Below the pieces are notes generated by a model that worked only from the letters and a program-made list of their open reading frames with translations, did not search any database and was not told the DNA's origin. A program made the translations under genes and the position numbers. From a virus (lineage: Duplodnaviria; Caudoviricetes): a DNA stretch of 64,000 nucleotides. Where the stretch lies: positions 32,001-96,000 of the IMG/VR virus record IMGVR_UViG_3300029288_000001; one strand, 5' to 3'. How positions within the stretch are numbered: the first letter of the stretch is position 1; the number at the start of each line of letters is the position of its first letter. Of the stretch, positions 12,396 through 23,646 are shown one piece after another.

Positions 12396-13181
12396 TTATT
12401 TAGCTTGAATTTCTTCTCGGTCACTTCCTTTTTCTACCTCGTTACCATTCATTCTACTCGTTATATAATTCCGATCGGTCGAAAAGATCGGTATTTCGTT
12501 GTCCACGACCCATTCTCCTCGTTCTACCAATCCCGTAAAGTATGGAGGTTTATCTACGTAGACGGAATTCTTGACCTTGATCACGCATCTCCCTCGCTTT
12601 AGCTTAGTCGGTAGCTTGTCCCAATTGTCTCCTTTTTCGTAGATCATGTCGTGCATTTTATGTCCATCGCACCCTTGGAGCTTCTTTTGGGAGTAATACT
12701 TCCGTGCGAGCATCTGTAAGGAATTCCGTTCCCAATCGCGCTGTCGAAAGATAAAGTAATTTACTACATCGAACTCGGGCACGGAAAACGCTCTACTATC
12801 GAAGCTAACGATCGTGTCTTTCTTTAGATCGTGTTGATGTTTCCAGAGCATGCAATACGCCGTCGCTAAGGACGCAGAGATCGTGGTTATCTTAACAACT
12901 TTATTGTCGAACCACGGATCGCTCTCGTAGCCGTTGTGGAGGAGGATGTTGATCTCGTCTGATTGTAGATACGCGAACCGTGCGCCAGAGATCACCTTGC
13001 ACAGCTCCACCGCTACGAACTCCATCATTTCTACGAATTTATTATCGAATGGCTTCTCTAACCCTCGCGTGAAGGTGTGGAACGCCCGTCCGTCAATTCT
13101 AACGATCACGGGTATGTTATACGGTAAGGTATACGAAAAACACTTCTCGTAGTCCTTCATTCTATCGTCTAGATCTTTCAT
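12396..13181 (-). CDS. thg1: tRNA(His) guanylyltransferase Thg1-like protein
   Basis: RMKDYE, RIDGRAFHTFT, YLQSDEI, FDSR, YFIFRQRDWERNS. Confidence 0.93.
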   Translation of the reverse strand: MKDLDDRMKDYEKCFSYTLPYNIPVIVRIDGRAFHTFTRGLEKPFDNKFVEMMEFVAVELCKVISGARFAYLQSDEINILLHNGYESDPWFDNKVVKITTISASLATAYCMLWKHQHDLKKDTIVSFDSRAFSVPEFDVVNYFIFRQRDWERNSLQMLARKYYSQKKLQGCDGHKMHDMIYEKGDNWDKLPTKLKRGRCVIKVKNSVYVDKPPYFTGLVERGEWVVDNEIPIFSTDRNYITSRMNGNEVEKGSDREEIQAK

Positions 13182-13968
13182 TTCTTTTCCCTTCTAAAAT
13201 ATAATACAATCGCGTATGCTACGCTAAAAATTGCCCCCCATACCATAACTATGCCAATGGGCACATCTTCTATATTCTTTATGTTTACCACCATTACTAT
13301 AAATGCCACCATAAAGTAACACATTACATACGCAAAGAACAATCCAACGGAGTATAGAGCTATAATAGCTAAAGATTTCATGATTCTTTTACCTTCTTTT
13401 TTTAAAAGAGTCTATAAGGAATTGTAAGAGCTTGGGATTAAGCTCTCCTTTCTTAACGCCTATTTTTAACAAGATACAATGATACACTTCGCCCATATGG
13501 TTGATTCCTTCTAAGAAGTCCTTGACCTGCCACCCTCTTCCTTCGTTCCACGCCTTAATACCTTCTAGGTCGGTTCCTTTCTTTAGTTCTCGTATGATTC
13601 CTTTTATCGCGTGGAGCCTATCTAAGTGGAATTGTCTGCGTTTTTTCCTATGTTTAGCGGTCTGTAGGTCGAGATGCCCTAGTGTGTAGAACTTTTCGTA
13701 GTTCTCCGTGGTATACGGCAAGGTAGGTTCGCCGTCGTAGTTTTTTATATGTCCACAGTTAACGCAAGTTAATTTATCAGACTTATTGGGATACGATTTT
13801 CTCCATTTTATCGTTTTATTAAGCGTATCTAATACGATCTTCTCGTTCTTGAAGATACTACGCTTTCGTTGGAATATATCTCTTATTAAGTAATATTCCT
13901 CGCATATTGGGCATACTACCATAGAGATTTCTTTAAAGTATTGTTGGTCTTTCATTAAAGAACCCTCT

Positions 13969-14184
13969 TTATTTAAATTCTTCTTGCACTTCTATTACGA
14001 ATGTATACACTCCTCTAGATAAACTCATGGTAGATATGTGCGTGGTAAGCTCCTCGAGCGTTTTAAAACTCATGTCAAAATGCACGGGTATGTCCATATA
14101 TTTGGAATCGTTCTTGTCATACGCCTGTTTTAACGGACTATTCAAGTTCGCGTTGTAAAATCCATATAATTTGTAATATGTCGT
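13969..14184 (-). CDS. Hypothetical protein with ACG start (missed by ORF track)
   Basis: GAGG lies 7 nt before ACG ACA TAT; a 71-aa frame fills the gap. Confidence 0.55.
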   Translation of the reverse strand, partial: TTYYKLYGFYNANLNSPLKQAYDKNDSKYMDIPVHFDMSFKTLEELTTHISTMSLSRGVYTFVIEVQEEFK

Positions 14185-14186
14185 TA

Positions 14187-14474
14187 TTAATCCTCTCCTT
14201 TCGCGATCGCTTCTTTATTGGCGATATATCTCGGGTAATCGGGTAGTTCGCTAACGATCTTTAACTTAGTTCTCCCATCGTGACCGTGTAGGATTCTTAC
14301 CGTTTCTAGACAATCTGCGATCGTGGTAGTGGCAATATCAGATAACCATCTATACGCCACTGTGCCATCGGAAAACACTATACCTTCCGCTATGATACCA
14401 GTGCCGCTAATTCCGCTTACATCTTCAAACCGTTCTAATATGAAATACTTCGTGATCTTATCTACCTCTTTCGT
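14187..14474 (-). CDS. Conserved phage hypothetical protein; ACG start at 14474 or 14453
   Basis: The family motif FILERFEDVSGISGTGIIAEGIVFSDG extends upstream of the track's GTG. No ATG is in frame; two in-frame ACGs have SD-like motifs. Confidence 0.7.
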   Translation of the reverse strand, partial: TKEVDKITKYFILERFEDVSGISGTGIIAEGIVFSDGTVAYRWLSDIATTTIADCLETVRILHGHDGRTKLKIVSELPDYPRYIANKEAIAKGED

Positions 14475-14799
14475 TTTTATACCTTTAAAAAAAATAATTA
14501 GATTAACTTACTAAGCCCATCTTTTAACGGCACGGAAATGTCGTCTGTTATAGGGGCTATTACTAATGGTTTATTGAAATAAATGTCGTCGTGGCATAAC
14601 CCACACGAATTATTGCGAGGAACGGCAAACCGATACGCGGACGAAAACACATAAGCTTTGTCTCCTTTTTCGTTCTCGAGACGCATTCCCACGAACATTA
14701 AGTCTCCCCCGTCGCATTTTGGACACCGCACGCGTGCAGAGGCGCGGTAATGCACGGGCTCGCTCTTGGTGTAAGTAATCCCGTTGATCGCGATGTCGG

Positions 14800-15186
14800 T
14801 CATACCACATTCTCTCCCTTATAAAGCTTTAATTTATTTAACCCAAGCTCTTTCGCTTGGTCGTCGTCGCACAAGATTCCGCACATAAGAATCTCCCCTT
14901 CCTCCACCTCGTAGAAGCCCGCGTCAGGTACGAACGCAGTACATAACTTCATATTCAACGCATGTTTGTTATACTCGTCTAATGTCGCAAGGTGGGGCAC
15001 GGATAAAATTATCTTCGTTTGAAAGTGATCTAATATCCAGCTATTGATCTTGCAACCCGATGAAGAGCCAAGGTATTTATACACTAACTCTGAGCCCACA
15101 TGGCTCGAATGGACGAGTAATTTCCCAACGGAGTAGCTCTTGTCCGTCCTTACCAATATATACAATTTTATTGCCATTAGAACCAC
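14800..15186 (-). CDS. pth2: Peptidyl-tRNA hydrolase, Pth2 family
   Basis: ILVRTD...GKL..H, QTKIIL, DAGFYEV...CGI. Confidence 0.8.
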   Translation of the reverse strand: MVLMAIKLYILVRTDKSYSVGKLLVHSSHVGSELVYKYLGSSSGCKINSWILDHFQTKIILSVPHLATLDEYNKHALNMKLCTAFVPDAGFYEVEEGEILMCGILCDDDQAKELGLNKLKLYKGENVV

Positions 15187-15474
15187 CCTATAAATGTGTT
15201 ATCCCATTCGTCTTCTAAGACTGGATAGTTAAGAGAAATGTAATTTTCAAGTTCCATTAATAGATCGTTTAATTTTTCTTTAAACCACCATATATCAGAG
15301 ATTTCCACTTCTTTCTTGAAATCATCGAACTCTATCTTCAATTTCGGCATATTAATCATCGCATTTCTCCTTTTCTAAGACATCGTGGACATAAATATTG
15401 ATCGTTATCAGACGGCTCGAACCGCGTGAAGCACCGAGTGCATCTTCGCGTCCATCGCCTTCCTTTTTTATTTT

Positions 15475-15654
15475 TTATAACCATTTATCCAATCCGACTC
15501 CTTCTTTCTTTTCTTTATCCTTTAACGGGCAATAATATTTTCTATTACACAGCTTCTTCATATCAACGATCAATGGATACGAGCAGTAGGCGTAGTTTCT
15601 TAATCCTCCGCACGATTCTATCGTTTCTATGTGCCGATACGGACAGTCGGGCGT
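15475..15654 (-). CDS. Small Cys-rich protein with ACG start
   Basis: TAACG overlap with the upstream stop; (M)PDCPYRH...CPL...GLDKWL. Confidence 0.6.
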   Translation of the reverse strand, partial: TPDCPYRHIETIESCGGLRNYAYCSYPLIVDMKKLCNRKYYCPLKDKEKKEGVGLDKWL

Positions 15655-15934
15655 TATTTGTCCTTCTCCATGATAAACTGCTTTATGAACTTATACAACT
15701 CGACTTTTTGTTCGTAGGTCAGGTTGATCGCGCTGTGGTGACGCCAATGCTTCCATTTGGGAAACACTTCTACGATCAGGTCGCTGGTCTGTTTATCGTT
15801 GTCGGCTTTACCCCACTCGTAGTCCGAGAACTTCATTAAACCGCAGGTGTGGACACAATCGCACGAAAACACGATCGCCTTGTCAAATTCGTAGGGCGAT
15901 CCATACCGCGTAACTTCCTTTTTTTTAAACACCA

Positions 15935-16651
15935 TTATTTTATCTCCTCATCCGGTTCTTTTTCTTCTTTTTCTTCCAATTCGATCTCCTCTAACAAAGG
16001 AGGTCCGTTAAAACTATAATTGATCGTCTGGATAAACTTCTTGACGGATTCGTCTCCAAACTTCTCGATGTCTTTAAGCTCCTTCTCGGGAGCGTTTACC
16101 ATCTTCTTAAGCGTGTCGAACTTCTTTAACGCGTTCCTCGCTCCCGTTTCGATGATACGTAGACCAGACGCGAGCACCATGTTGACCGCGCGGTCTTCCG
16201 TCTTGACTTTAAGCGTGACGGGCTTAATGATTTTATCGTCGTAGCTCTTTTCAATAATTCTACTCGCTAAGTATACGGCGGCTTTCTTAGCTGGCATGGG
16301 AATACACGGTATTCTATACCGCCCGTTAATAGAACCTATTGCCCCCATGATCGCGTTTATGTTAATGTGCTCTTCTGCGGCAAGACTATCCCAACTGCCA
16401 TAGACGATGTAAAAGAACTTAATAGTTGGATTAAGGTGCATGTTATAAAGCTGGTTACGGAAGCGTTCTCCTCTATCTACCGTTAACGCGCTCCATAAAT
16501 CCTTGAAACTCTTTAACTCGATCACGACATCCTTGTATTGGATATCTCCTATTTCCAGTTTTTTCTTTTTCGCTAACGGAAAATACTGTAACACTAGATC
16601 GAGCGTGGGTTGATAGTCCTTCGTGCGAGCCTCGGGCTCGGAGGTGTCCAC
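15935..16651 (-). CDS. ERCC4/XPF-family nuclease with C-terminal HhH
   Basis: DTSEP, LEIGDI, IELKSFKDL nuclease motif; ELKDIEKFG HhH. Confidence 0.85.
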   Translation of the reverse strand: MDTSEPEARTKDYQPTLDLVLQYFPLAKKKKLEIGDIQYKDVVIELKSFKDLWSALTVDRGERFRNQLYNMHLNPTIKFFYIVYGSWDSLAAEEHININAIMGAIGSINGRYRIPCIPMPAKKAAVYLASRIIEKSYDDKIIKPVTLKVKTEDRAVNMVLASGLRIIETGARNALKKFDTLKKMVNAPEKELKDIEKFGDESVKKFIQTINYSFNGPPLLEEIELEEKEEKEPDEEIK

Positions 16652-18203
16652 CCATACTTCGAATTCCTTTGGATCTACTTTTTTTACCGTTTTCCACGCA
16701 CCGTTTTAATTTGTTATTATAAAATACTAAAAAAAATTATTTAATTAATCTCTTTTAAAAGGTATTGATTTATTCCTCCTCTTCTTCGCCTTCTCCTTCC
16801 TCTTCTTCCTCGTCCACTTCGTCTTCTCCTTCCTCTTCTTCTTCCGTTGCTGCGGGAGTTGTCGGAGTAGTCGCGTTCTGGACGGTCTCGGGGATAGTAA
16901 GCTGTTTCTTGCCTGGTAGTTCGAGCATCATGACCATGTCTTCGTCCTCGTAGAACATCTCGTCCGACCAGTCGCGTAGCTTGTGTAAGGACTTCTCTTC
17001 CTCGTAGGTAATCGAGATACCGTGCTTTCCTTTGAATAGGACTTTTCTAACCTCGACCACGCGAATTTCCTTGGTCTTTTTGTCCTTCATCTTCTTTTTC
17101 TTGTCCTGAATCCCTGCGAGTTTTAAGGTGAAGGTAAACTGTTTTTTTCCTGCCATATTTTTTCCTTTTTATTTTTTTAAATATTCCTCGATCACTTTTC
17201 GAACGAGATAGGTGTTATTAACCAGTTCTTTGTCGGCATCTGGGTGGTTTTCTACCCATTTCTTAGTTAATTCGTCTAGTAACGAATGTTTTAATCGTAT
17301 CATCGTGTATTCTGAAATAATGAATCTTCTCGTTTTAAGTGATGTTATTATAATATAATATGATATACTATTATATAAACTTGCTATTAAATGAATATTA
17401 ATACATTATTAGTTCGTTGTTAACAACGATTTTTAACCTTCTCTACCATATACGATCTATGGAACCTATCATTTCGATCCATATAGGCAATTACATAAAA
17501 GACATTTTCGCCGCCGAGTTTAACAAAGAATATTGTTCGTATAACTCTTCCAACGAAGCCCAGTGCGTCAATTACCTAGACTTCGTGCGGAGAACTCGTG
17601 GGCATAACCGTTGCTACCTCTGTTATTTATGTAAGTATTTTAATATCGAGAAGTTACGGTTTAATGTGCCAAAAGAGTTAATTCGTCAGACGGAGCTAGA
17701 ACTTAATCAATCGCCGTAGAAGGATGTTTTGGACATGTGCACTGTTCTGTTGGAACTAGAGTTCTCCCTGTATAGCCAAATGGTATTTTCTCGATTGTGC
17801 ATCGTTCCACTTGATCGGCGAGCGTTCTAAAATCTTGGAACGGTTGGTCTGCAAGCGTGCGATCGGGATTATCTTCAACGAGTGCATCTACGGCTTTATC
17901 CCGCATTTTACACATAGACTCACATACGCTCTTGCAATGAGCCGCGGCTGGATAACACATATTACTGGTAGCATTATCCCTTTTTGGTATTCCTGAGATA
18001 ATATATCCTTCCGTTCTCCACGCCGTGGTGTTTGGACTCTTTCCTGCCATGCTTTCCAGCTCTTAACTCGTTTTAAGACTTTTATAATAAGTTATACTAT
18101 TATTATTGTTTTCTACTTATTTAAACTTTAATAAGAGTCGTTAAATTTTAACACTCTCTCTATTTTAAATCTAATTTTATCTTATAGTTATTTGTGATTT
18201 TTT

Positions 18204-18500
18204 ACGATCAAAGTTGAAGATGTAATTCTATATTTCGAAAAAAATGTGCTCGTTAAAAACGATCTTTTAAGAGAAAATAAAGACCTCGTTATCCACGCGA
18301 TTCGCGACGTCCACGAATATATCGTGCGGAACTTTGGTATGATGCCTCCTATACGGAGTATAATCGCTCTAGCGCTGTATAAATCCACGACCTTCGCTAA
18401 ATACGAGATCGCAGGTATGGTCGGAATCACCCTTACTACCTTTAATAAATACATACGAAAGCTCCCTATTTCTTTTTCCGACTCCTTGGAGACCGTTTAG
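18204..18500 (+). CDS. Small TFB/TFIIB cyclin-repeat-like HTH protein; probable ACG start
   Basis: P..SIIALALY...KYEIAGMVGITLTTFNKY resembles the TFB C-terminal repeat. TGA TTT TTT ACG lies upstream in frame. Confidence 0.5.
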   Translation, partial: TIKVEDVILYFEKNVLVKNDLLRENKDLVIHAIRDVHEYIVRNFGMMPPIRSIIALALYKSTTFAKYEIAGMVGITLTTFNKYIRKLPISFSDSLETV

Positions 18501-18984
18501 ACGCTTTCTTGGGCTTCTCCTCTACTTTATCCACCGTAGGACGAGGACGGGCTACTTCCATAAAGTCCTCGGGACAAGTCTTCTCTATCGGAGGAATGGC
18601 TGCCGTTGGAGGCTCAGTCGTAATGTTGTTGTTCTCTAAAGGATTGCCAAAAGCGTCAACAGCAGGATTTATACCCGTTCTTATATATGTGATTGTGGGA
18701 AGTCCTGGAAGTCCTGTTCTTATTGTAGGCTCTGTCGCTACCACTGATGTTGGTGGCTCTCGCACTACTCTATAAACTGGTTCTGGCGGAGGTAGTATAA
18801 CGGGCTCTGGTTCGGGTTCTGGAGGAGGTGGCGGAGGCGGTGGTGGAGGTCGTATCGCTACTGGGTCGGGTAATGCTTCCATTAAAATATGATAGATGAC
18901 TTTAGCCGTGCCGTTAAGGGGAAGCTCGTGATATACTGCGATCTCGCGGTTGTTTAACACGCGAAACTCTCCTCGGCAGTGCAT
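18466..18984 (-). CDS. Proline-rich hypothetical protein with PEDF tag
   Basis: Poly-Pro tract; EKTCPEDFMEVAR. Confidence 0.6.
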   Translation of the reverse strand: MHCRGEFRVLNNREIAVYHELPLNGTAKVIYHILMEALPDPVAIRPPPPPPPPPPEPEPEPVILPPPEPVYRVVREPPTSVVATEPTIRTGLPGLPTITYIRTGINPAVDAFGNPLENNNITTEPPTAAIPPIEKTCPEDFMEVARPRPTVDKVEEKPKKASKRSPRSRKKK

Positions 18985-19197
18985 CGATAGTTCCTTGTAA
19001 GGAGACCGTCTCTGTCGCAGCGGATTAACCTCTCTCCGTAGTATTTGTTCGTGCCTTGATAGCGAAGGCGTTGTCGTATTTCGATCAGTTCGATTGGGGC
19101 TCGGTCGTCCACATCGATCGCGTAGAACTCGTCTGGAATAACCAGCACATCTTCGCGCCTCGCCCCCGACACTAGGAAATCGATCTCGCTTGCGGTT

Positions 19198-19488
19198 TTA
19201 AGTACCATCTCTCTTTACCTCTATGAAGTCTTCGGGACAGGTTTTCTCCCGCTCTGGTTCTTTTTTCGTCTCTTCGACCGTCTCGTCTAGATCGAGCGAG
19301 GTTCTAAGTTTTTCGATAAACTCTTCCGCGAGACGCTTTCCAAAACCCTTCTTATCGTAGAACTCGAGTTCCTTCTCTATTTTATATCGTCTTGGAAAAT
19401 AGGCTTTCTTAAACTCGTCGAGACTGTGGAACTCGCGCACATCGTCGTTAATATCCATATAATTTCCCATATTTCTCTTCCATGACAT
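19198..19488 (-). CDS. Hypothetical protein with C-terminal PEDF tag
   Basis: Ends EKTCPEDFIEVKRDGT. Confidence 0.65.
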   Translation of the reverse strand: MSWKRNMGNYMDINDDVREFHSLDEFKKAYFPRRYKIEKELEFYDKKGFGKRLAEEFIEKLRTSLDLDETVEETKKEPEREKTCPEDFIEVKRDGT

Positions 19489-22083
19489 AATAATGGTTCT
19501 TTCAAGTTTTTTAACTTTTTTATTTATTCCTTAGCGCTAAGATCTGATCTTTTAACGCTTGGTTCTCTTGTAATAACTGTATTTTATCTGAGATCGCAGT
19601 ATTTTGGTTTTTTATAATTTCGTCTAGGTTTTTCGATATTGTTTTATATTGTTCTACGGTTAATTTCAATTGCTCTGTAAGTTCTTGGTTCTCCTTTTTT
19701 AATTTAACGCACATATCTGCGGCGTTGGTCATATCCTTCGCGCATTTCTCTAGCCTTGCCACCAACGCCTCGTTCTCATCGTTGAGTTTCTTTATACGCC
19801 ATTCGCGAGAGTGGATCATTTCCTCGTAGTCCTGTTTAGTGTAATTCATTTAATCCTCCTCCGCTGTTATTCGCGCTTTACAAGCCTTACTCGATTTAAA
19901 CGGACACAAGGTTCCGTAGAAAGTTATTTGAGCGTTTCTACACTTCCCAGAAGGATCTATATGAACACAACCGTTCCCACGCGCAATTCTATATTTCGAT
20001 CTCATTTTATTTTTCCCTCTGTAACTCTTCAATTAACTCTTTTATATATTTCCATTTTACTTTCTCGTCGTCGTCCACGGGAAGTTCCATCAACCTTCGT
20101 ATGAAATCGCTCCGTTCGTTCTGTCCTTTAACTTCCTTAGATATTTCCTTAATCCACTCGTTTATCTCGTGGGGATTCATGTTTTACCTCCTCTTTTTCT
20201 AAATACTCTATGATCCGATCTAGTTTATCGTGGATCGGTTGTAATAGTTTACACGCGTCGCATACATACCCTACGCTGTTGGTCGGATATTCCGTTGGTA
20301 TTTCTCTCTTACACTTCTCGCACGTAGCGTAGTGCTGTAGAGAAACATCGCCGTAGTCTCCCGATGCAATGGCTTCGCCGTTCATGTAATGTATATTACT
20401 ATATCTATCTATATACGCTCCTTTCACGGTTTTTTCTCTCCTCCTCTCGCTTTAGAGCTACATTTTTTACAATAGGTCGTGTTTTTATCGATTTCCTTTG
20501 GGTTAACTCCGTTTTCAATGTGTCCAGATTCGATGTAGAGATCGTAGGATAACGATTGCCCGTGGTTAACGATCCTTTTCTTACAGCCAGGACATCGTTG
20601 CAAGCGGATTCTCTTTCTCATTTCTTAAGATCGCCTCCTACAATATTCTTTATTTCTTCCAAATATTCGCTGTCCGGTAATCGATCGTGGTGGAGGGATC
20701 GTTTAAACCCGCACTTAGTACAGAAGGAATACGCCTCGTTCCCTTCTTTTGGGTGCCATTCGTTGCAGTTTCCACACCATTGAGCGTTAGTTTTTATCTC
20801 CCCTCCGCAGTGTGGGCATACTTGGTCTTCCCACCACTTGATCACGTTCCTTACTTGATCTACGCTCATTTTTTACTCTCCTTTTTTTAAATGATCTTGT
20901 AAACATTGAAAAGAGCAGAAGTCAAATGGATCTTCGCGCATGACTCCTACGGAATTCTTTATAATTCCACGACCTAGTTCTAGGTTTCCTACGCGTAGCC
21001 ATCCTTCTTGGTGATAATTATCCGTTTCTTTTCCACAAACATCGCATCTATATTTCTTGATCTTTGTCATTTACTCTCACCTCTTTTAATTGTTTAATTA
21101 TATCATGTAATTCCACGCCTTCCTTGTGAAAATGTTCGTGAATCTCCGTGCTGAGGTCTCTCGTTAAATTAGATAAACGATCTATATGTTTCGCGAGTTG
21201 CATGAGTAGTGTCTTCATAATCTCTATTTCCGATTCGCTCACGGCGCGCCCTCCTCCTTAATACGAATCTCTTTTACGCCTAACCAATTCATGTGACGGA
21301 AGATCTCTGATTTGTAATACTCCATAAACTCGTCCGTGTTCTCTTGTTTAACTTCAATCGCTAACGAGAGGAGTTGTTCGTACATTTCTCTTAATTCGGT
21401 CATGGTTTGCTCTCGCCCCCGAGCTTCTCTAACCTTTCTTCCCGCTCTTTATAGGTCTCGATGGGGTTTCTCTCGATTATATATTTCAACCAACATTCGT
21501 AGCACAGTGATTTATTAAATAACTTCCATGGATCGTCTTTTTCTTTTATTTCTTTTCCACATTTATCACATTTGCTCACGGGTCGCCCGCCTCCTTCTTT
21601 TCTGCTAACAATCGAGCTATACCTATAATGAGAACCATAAGAAATAACCCGTGAGATACTCCACATAAATACCATAGAAATTCGTTAATGGTCACGGTCG
21701 TTTCTAGTCGCCCTCCTCGTCTTCTATATCTTCGTATTCAATACAATCTACGCATAAATATCCGTCGTCGCAGAGAGCATAACTTTCTTTTAGGATGTTT
21801 ATTACATCACCACATTCTACGCATTTCCGCTTTCCGTTAATAACCCAAGTAATTTTCTTTTTGGTCATTTAGTCGCCCCCTTCCACCATCTCTTTTTTAT
21901 CCATATTGCATTTTTATAGCTCACTCTGTTCACCCCCGAGCTTCTCTTGTATATGATCTAAATACATTCTCATAAATATCATAATATCCTGTAATAGATC
22001 ACAATGATCGCATCCAATCGCCTTTTCTAAATATCGATCTTCAAACGATTTCCATTTCAAGATAAAAAAAGAATCTTCTGGTT

Positions 22084-23646
22084 TCATTTCTGTTCGCCCC
22101 CGAGCTTCTCTTTTAGTTTCTCGTAGAACTCGTTATAATCGTCGGAACGCGCAAGAACGAGCGAATCTAAGCGTTCGATGTCCTTAGCGACCTCCGCCTT
22201 CATTATGAAGTACTCGCAAGGTTCGCATAATTTACACGGAATATGATTACGATCTGCATTTCTAGGACATTTAGCGATCTTTTCTTCGAGAGAGGGTTCC
22301 GCAACGAAACACGAACATTTATTGTCGTTAACTGGCTTACAACCTTCGAACCGTTTCTTACATCCATTACAAATTTCGTGAGAGGGTTCCGCCGCCGCGC
22401 CCTTCTCTGCTTTCACTTTCTTACACGACTCACAATTACATAAGAGTCCGTGTGCCATGTAAGTCGCAACATCGTCAGAAGAGGGTTCCTTCGGTTTCGA
22501 GTCGGTCTCTTTCTCGTATTCACCACAATTCTTAGAATTAATTGTACTCCACGCGCTCCATGTGTAGGAACATCCGTTCCTTCTTCGACAAGTCAAGCAA
22601 GAGGTCTCGCTCGTGGGTTCCTTCGGTTTCGAGTCGTGTTTGCAACTATCTAAATTATAACACCATTCATCGTTCTCGATGTAAGCTTTATGGCACTCTT
22701 CACAAACCGATTTCTCGCCCGAAGTCTTTAAAAACGATCTAACCTCAAACGGCAATTTAACGCCCGCTTCTGCGCTTCGATCTACTAAACAGATCACGAA
22801 TTTCGGTTGTTTTCCTACTCGTTTGATACAGTCCTCTACGCTCTTTCCCGTAGTGATCACATCGTCGTAGATTATATAATCGCATCCTCTTAGATCAAAG
22901 TTCCAAGTGTCATCTTTAGGAGAATAATACCCATCAATACAGTCAGTTAAGGTGATTGGATGAATCGATTGGATTGCGAATAGTTTTAAACCGTTCCGTA
23001 ATTCTAATATTTTATTCGTTATAATACGAGCGTCCTTGTTTTCTGGCTTGTCTAATAGATCGAACTCGTATTTTCCGTTCAATTTAACTCCGTGCGTGGA
23101 TGTAAACTCTCCTGCTACGAAGTATTTTGAAAAATCAATTAGAGACGAAATTGGAATTGGCGGTTCCATATTCCACTCCGCGAGTCGTTCTACCGATTTC
23201 TCGCGCGAAGGCTCCTTCCCTTCGCAATGCTCTTTGTAATATTTAATAAAGTCTTGATTAACGGATTCGTGTTTATCTACGGTATCTCTGATGATAGAGA
23301 GCGCCCCGCGTAGAACCTTTATTTCTTTATCTTGTTTGTTAAGACGGTTAAATATGTTATCGTAATCTGCCTTAAAGATTAAGACTAAACGATTGTTCGA
23401 AGCACCAACGGGACAAAACCTTTTATTGGCAAGCTCGTCGGGAAGAGATTTAAGCTGGGCTTCCAGCTTCTCAATTGATTGAAACGCTTTTCCAAACGAA
23501 TCTATATAATTTTGCTCGATGGCTCGGATGTCTTTATTCTCTAATTCAGAGACCTTTTCCTCCAGCGCCTTGATACCTAATTGATCTCGGAACAATTCCG
23601 CGCTTTCCTTTTCGATGTAAAATGTGGTCTTCTTAGAATCATTCAT
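22084..23646 (-). CDS. Mosaic protein A: coiled coil, orotate-PRTase-like domain and Cys-rich cassettes
   Basis: GEFTSTHG and the PRPP motif IYDDVITTGKSV; linker motifs shared with 42425..43735 and 48532..49857. Confidence 0.75.
   Translation of the reverse strand: MNDSKKTTFYIEKESAELFRDQLGIKALEEKVSELENKDIRAIEQNYIDSFGKAFQSIEKLEAQLKSLPDELANKRFCPVGASNNRLVLIFKADYDNIFNRLNKQDKEIKVLRGALSIIRDTVDKHESVNQDFIKYYKEHCEGKEPSREKSVERLAEWNMEPPIPISSLIDFSKYFVAGEFTSTHGVKLNGKYEFDLLDKPENKDARIITNKILELRNGLKLFAIQSIHPITLTDCIDGYYSPKDDTWNFDLRGCDYIIYDDVITTGKSVEDCIKRVGKQPKFVICLVDRSAEAGVKLPFEVRSFLKTSGEKSVCEECHKAYIENDEWCYNLDSCKHDSKPKEPTSETSCLTCRRRNGCSYTWSAWSTINSKNCGEYEKETDSKPKEPSSDDVATYMAHGLLCNCESCKKVKAEKGAAAEPSHEICNGCKKRFEGCKPVNDNKCSCFVAEPSLEEKIAKCPRNADRNHIPCKLCEPCEYFIMKAEVAKDIERLDSLVLARSDDYNEFYEKLKEKLGGEQK

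Noticed and set aside
18940-19000. Programmed frameshift joining 18954..19208 and 18466..18984
   Set aside because: No clear slippery site; a GAGGAG SD 8 nt before an in-frame GTG explains independent initiation.
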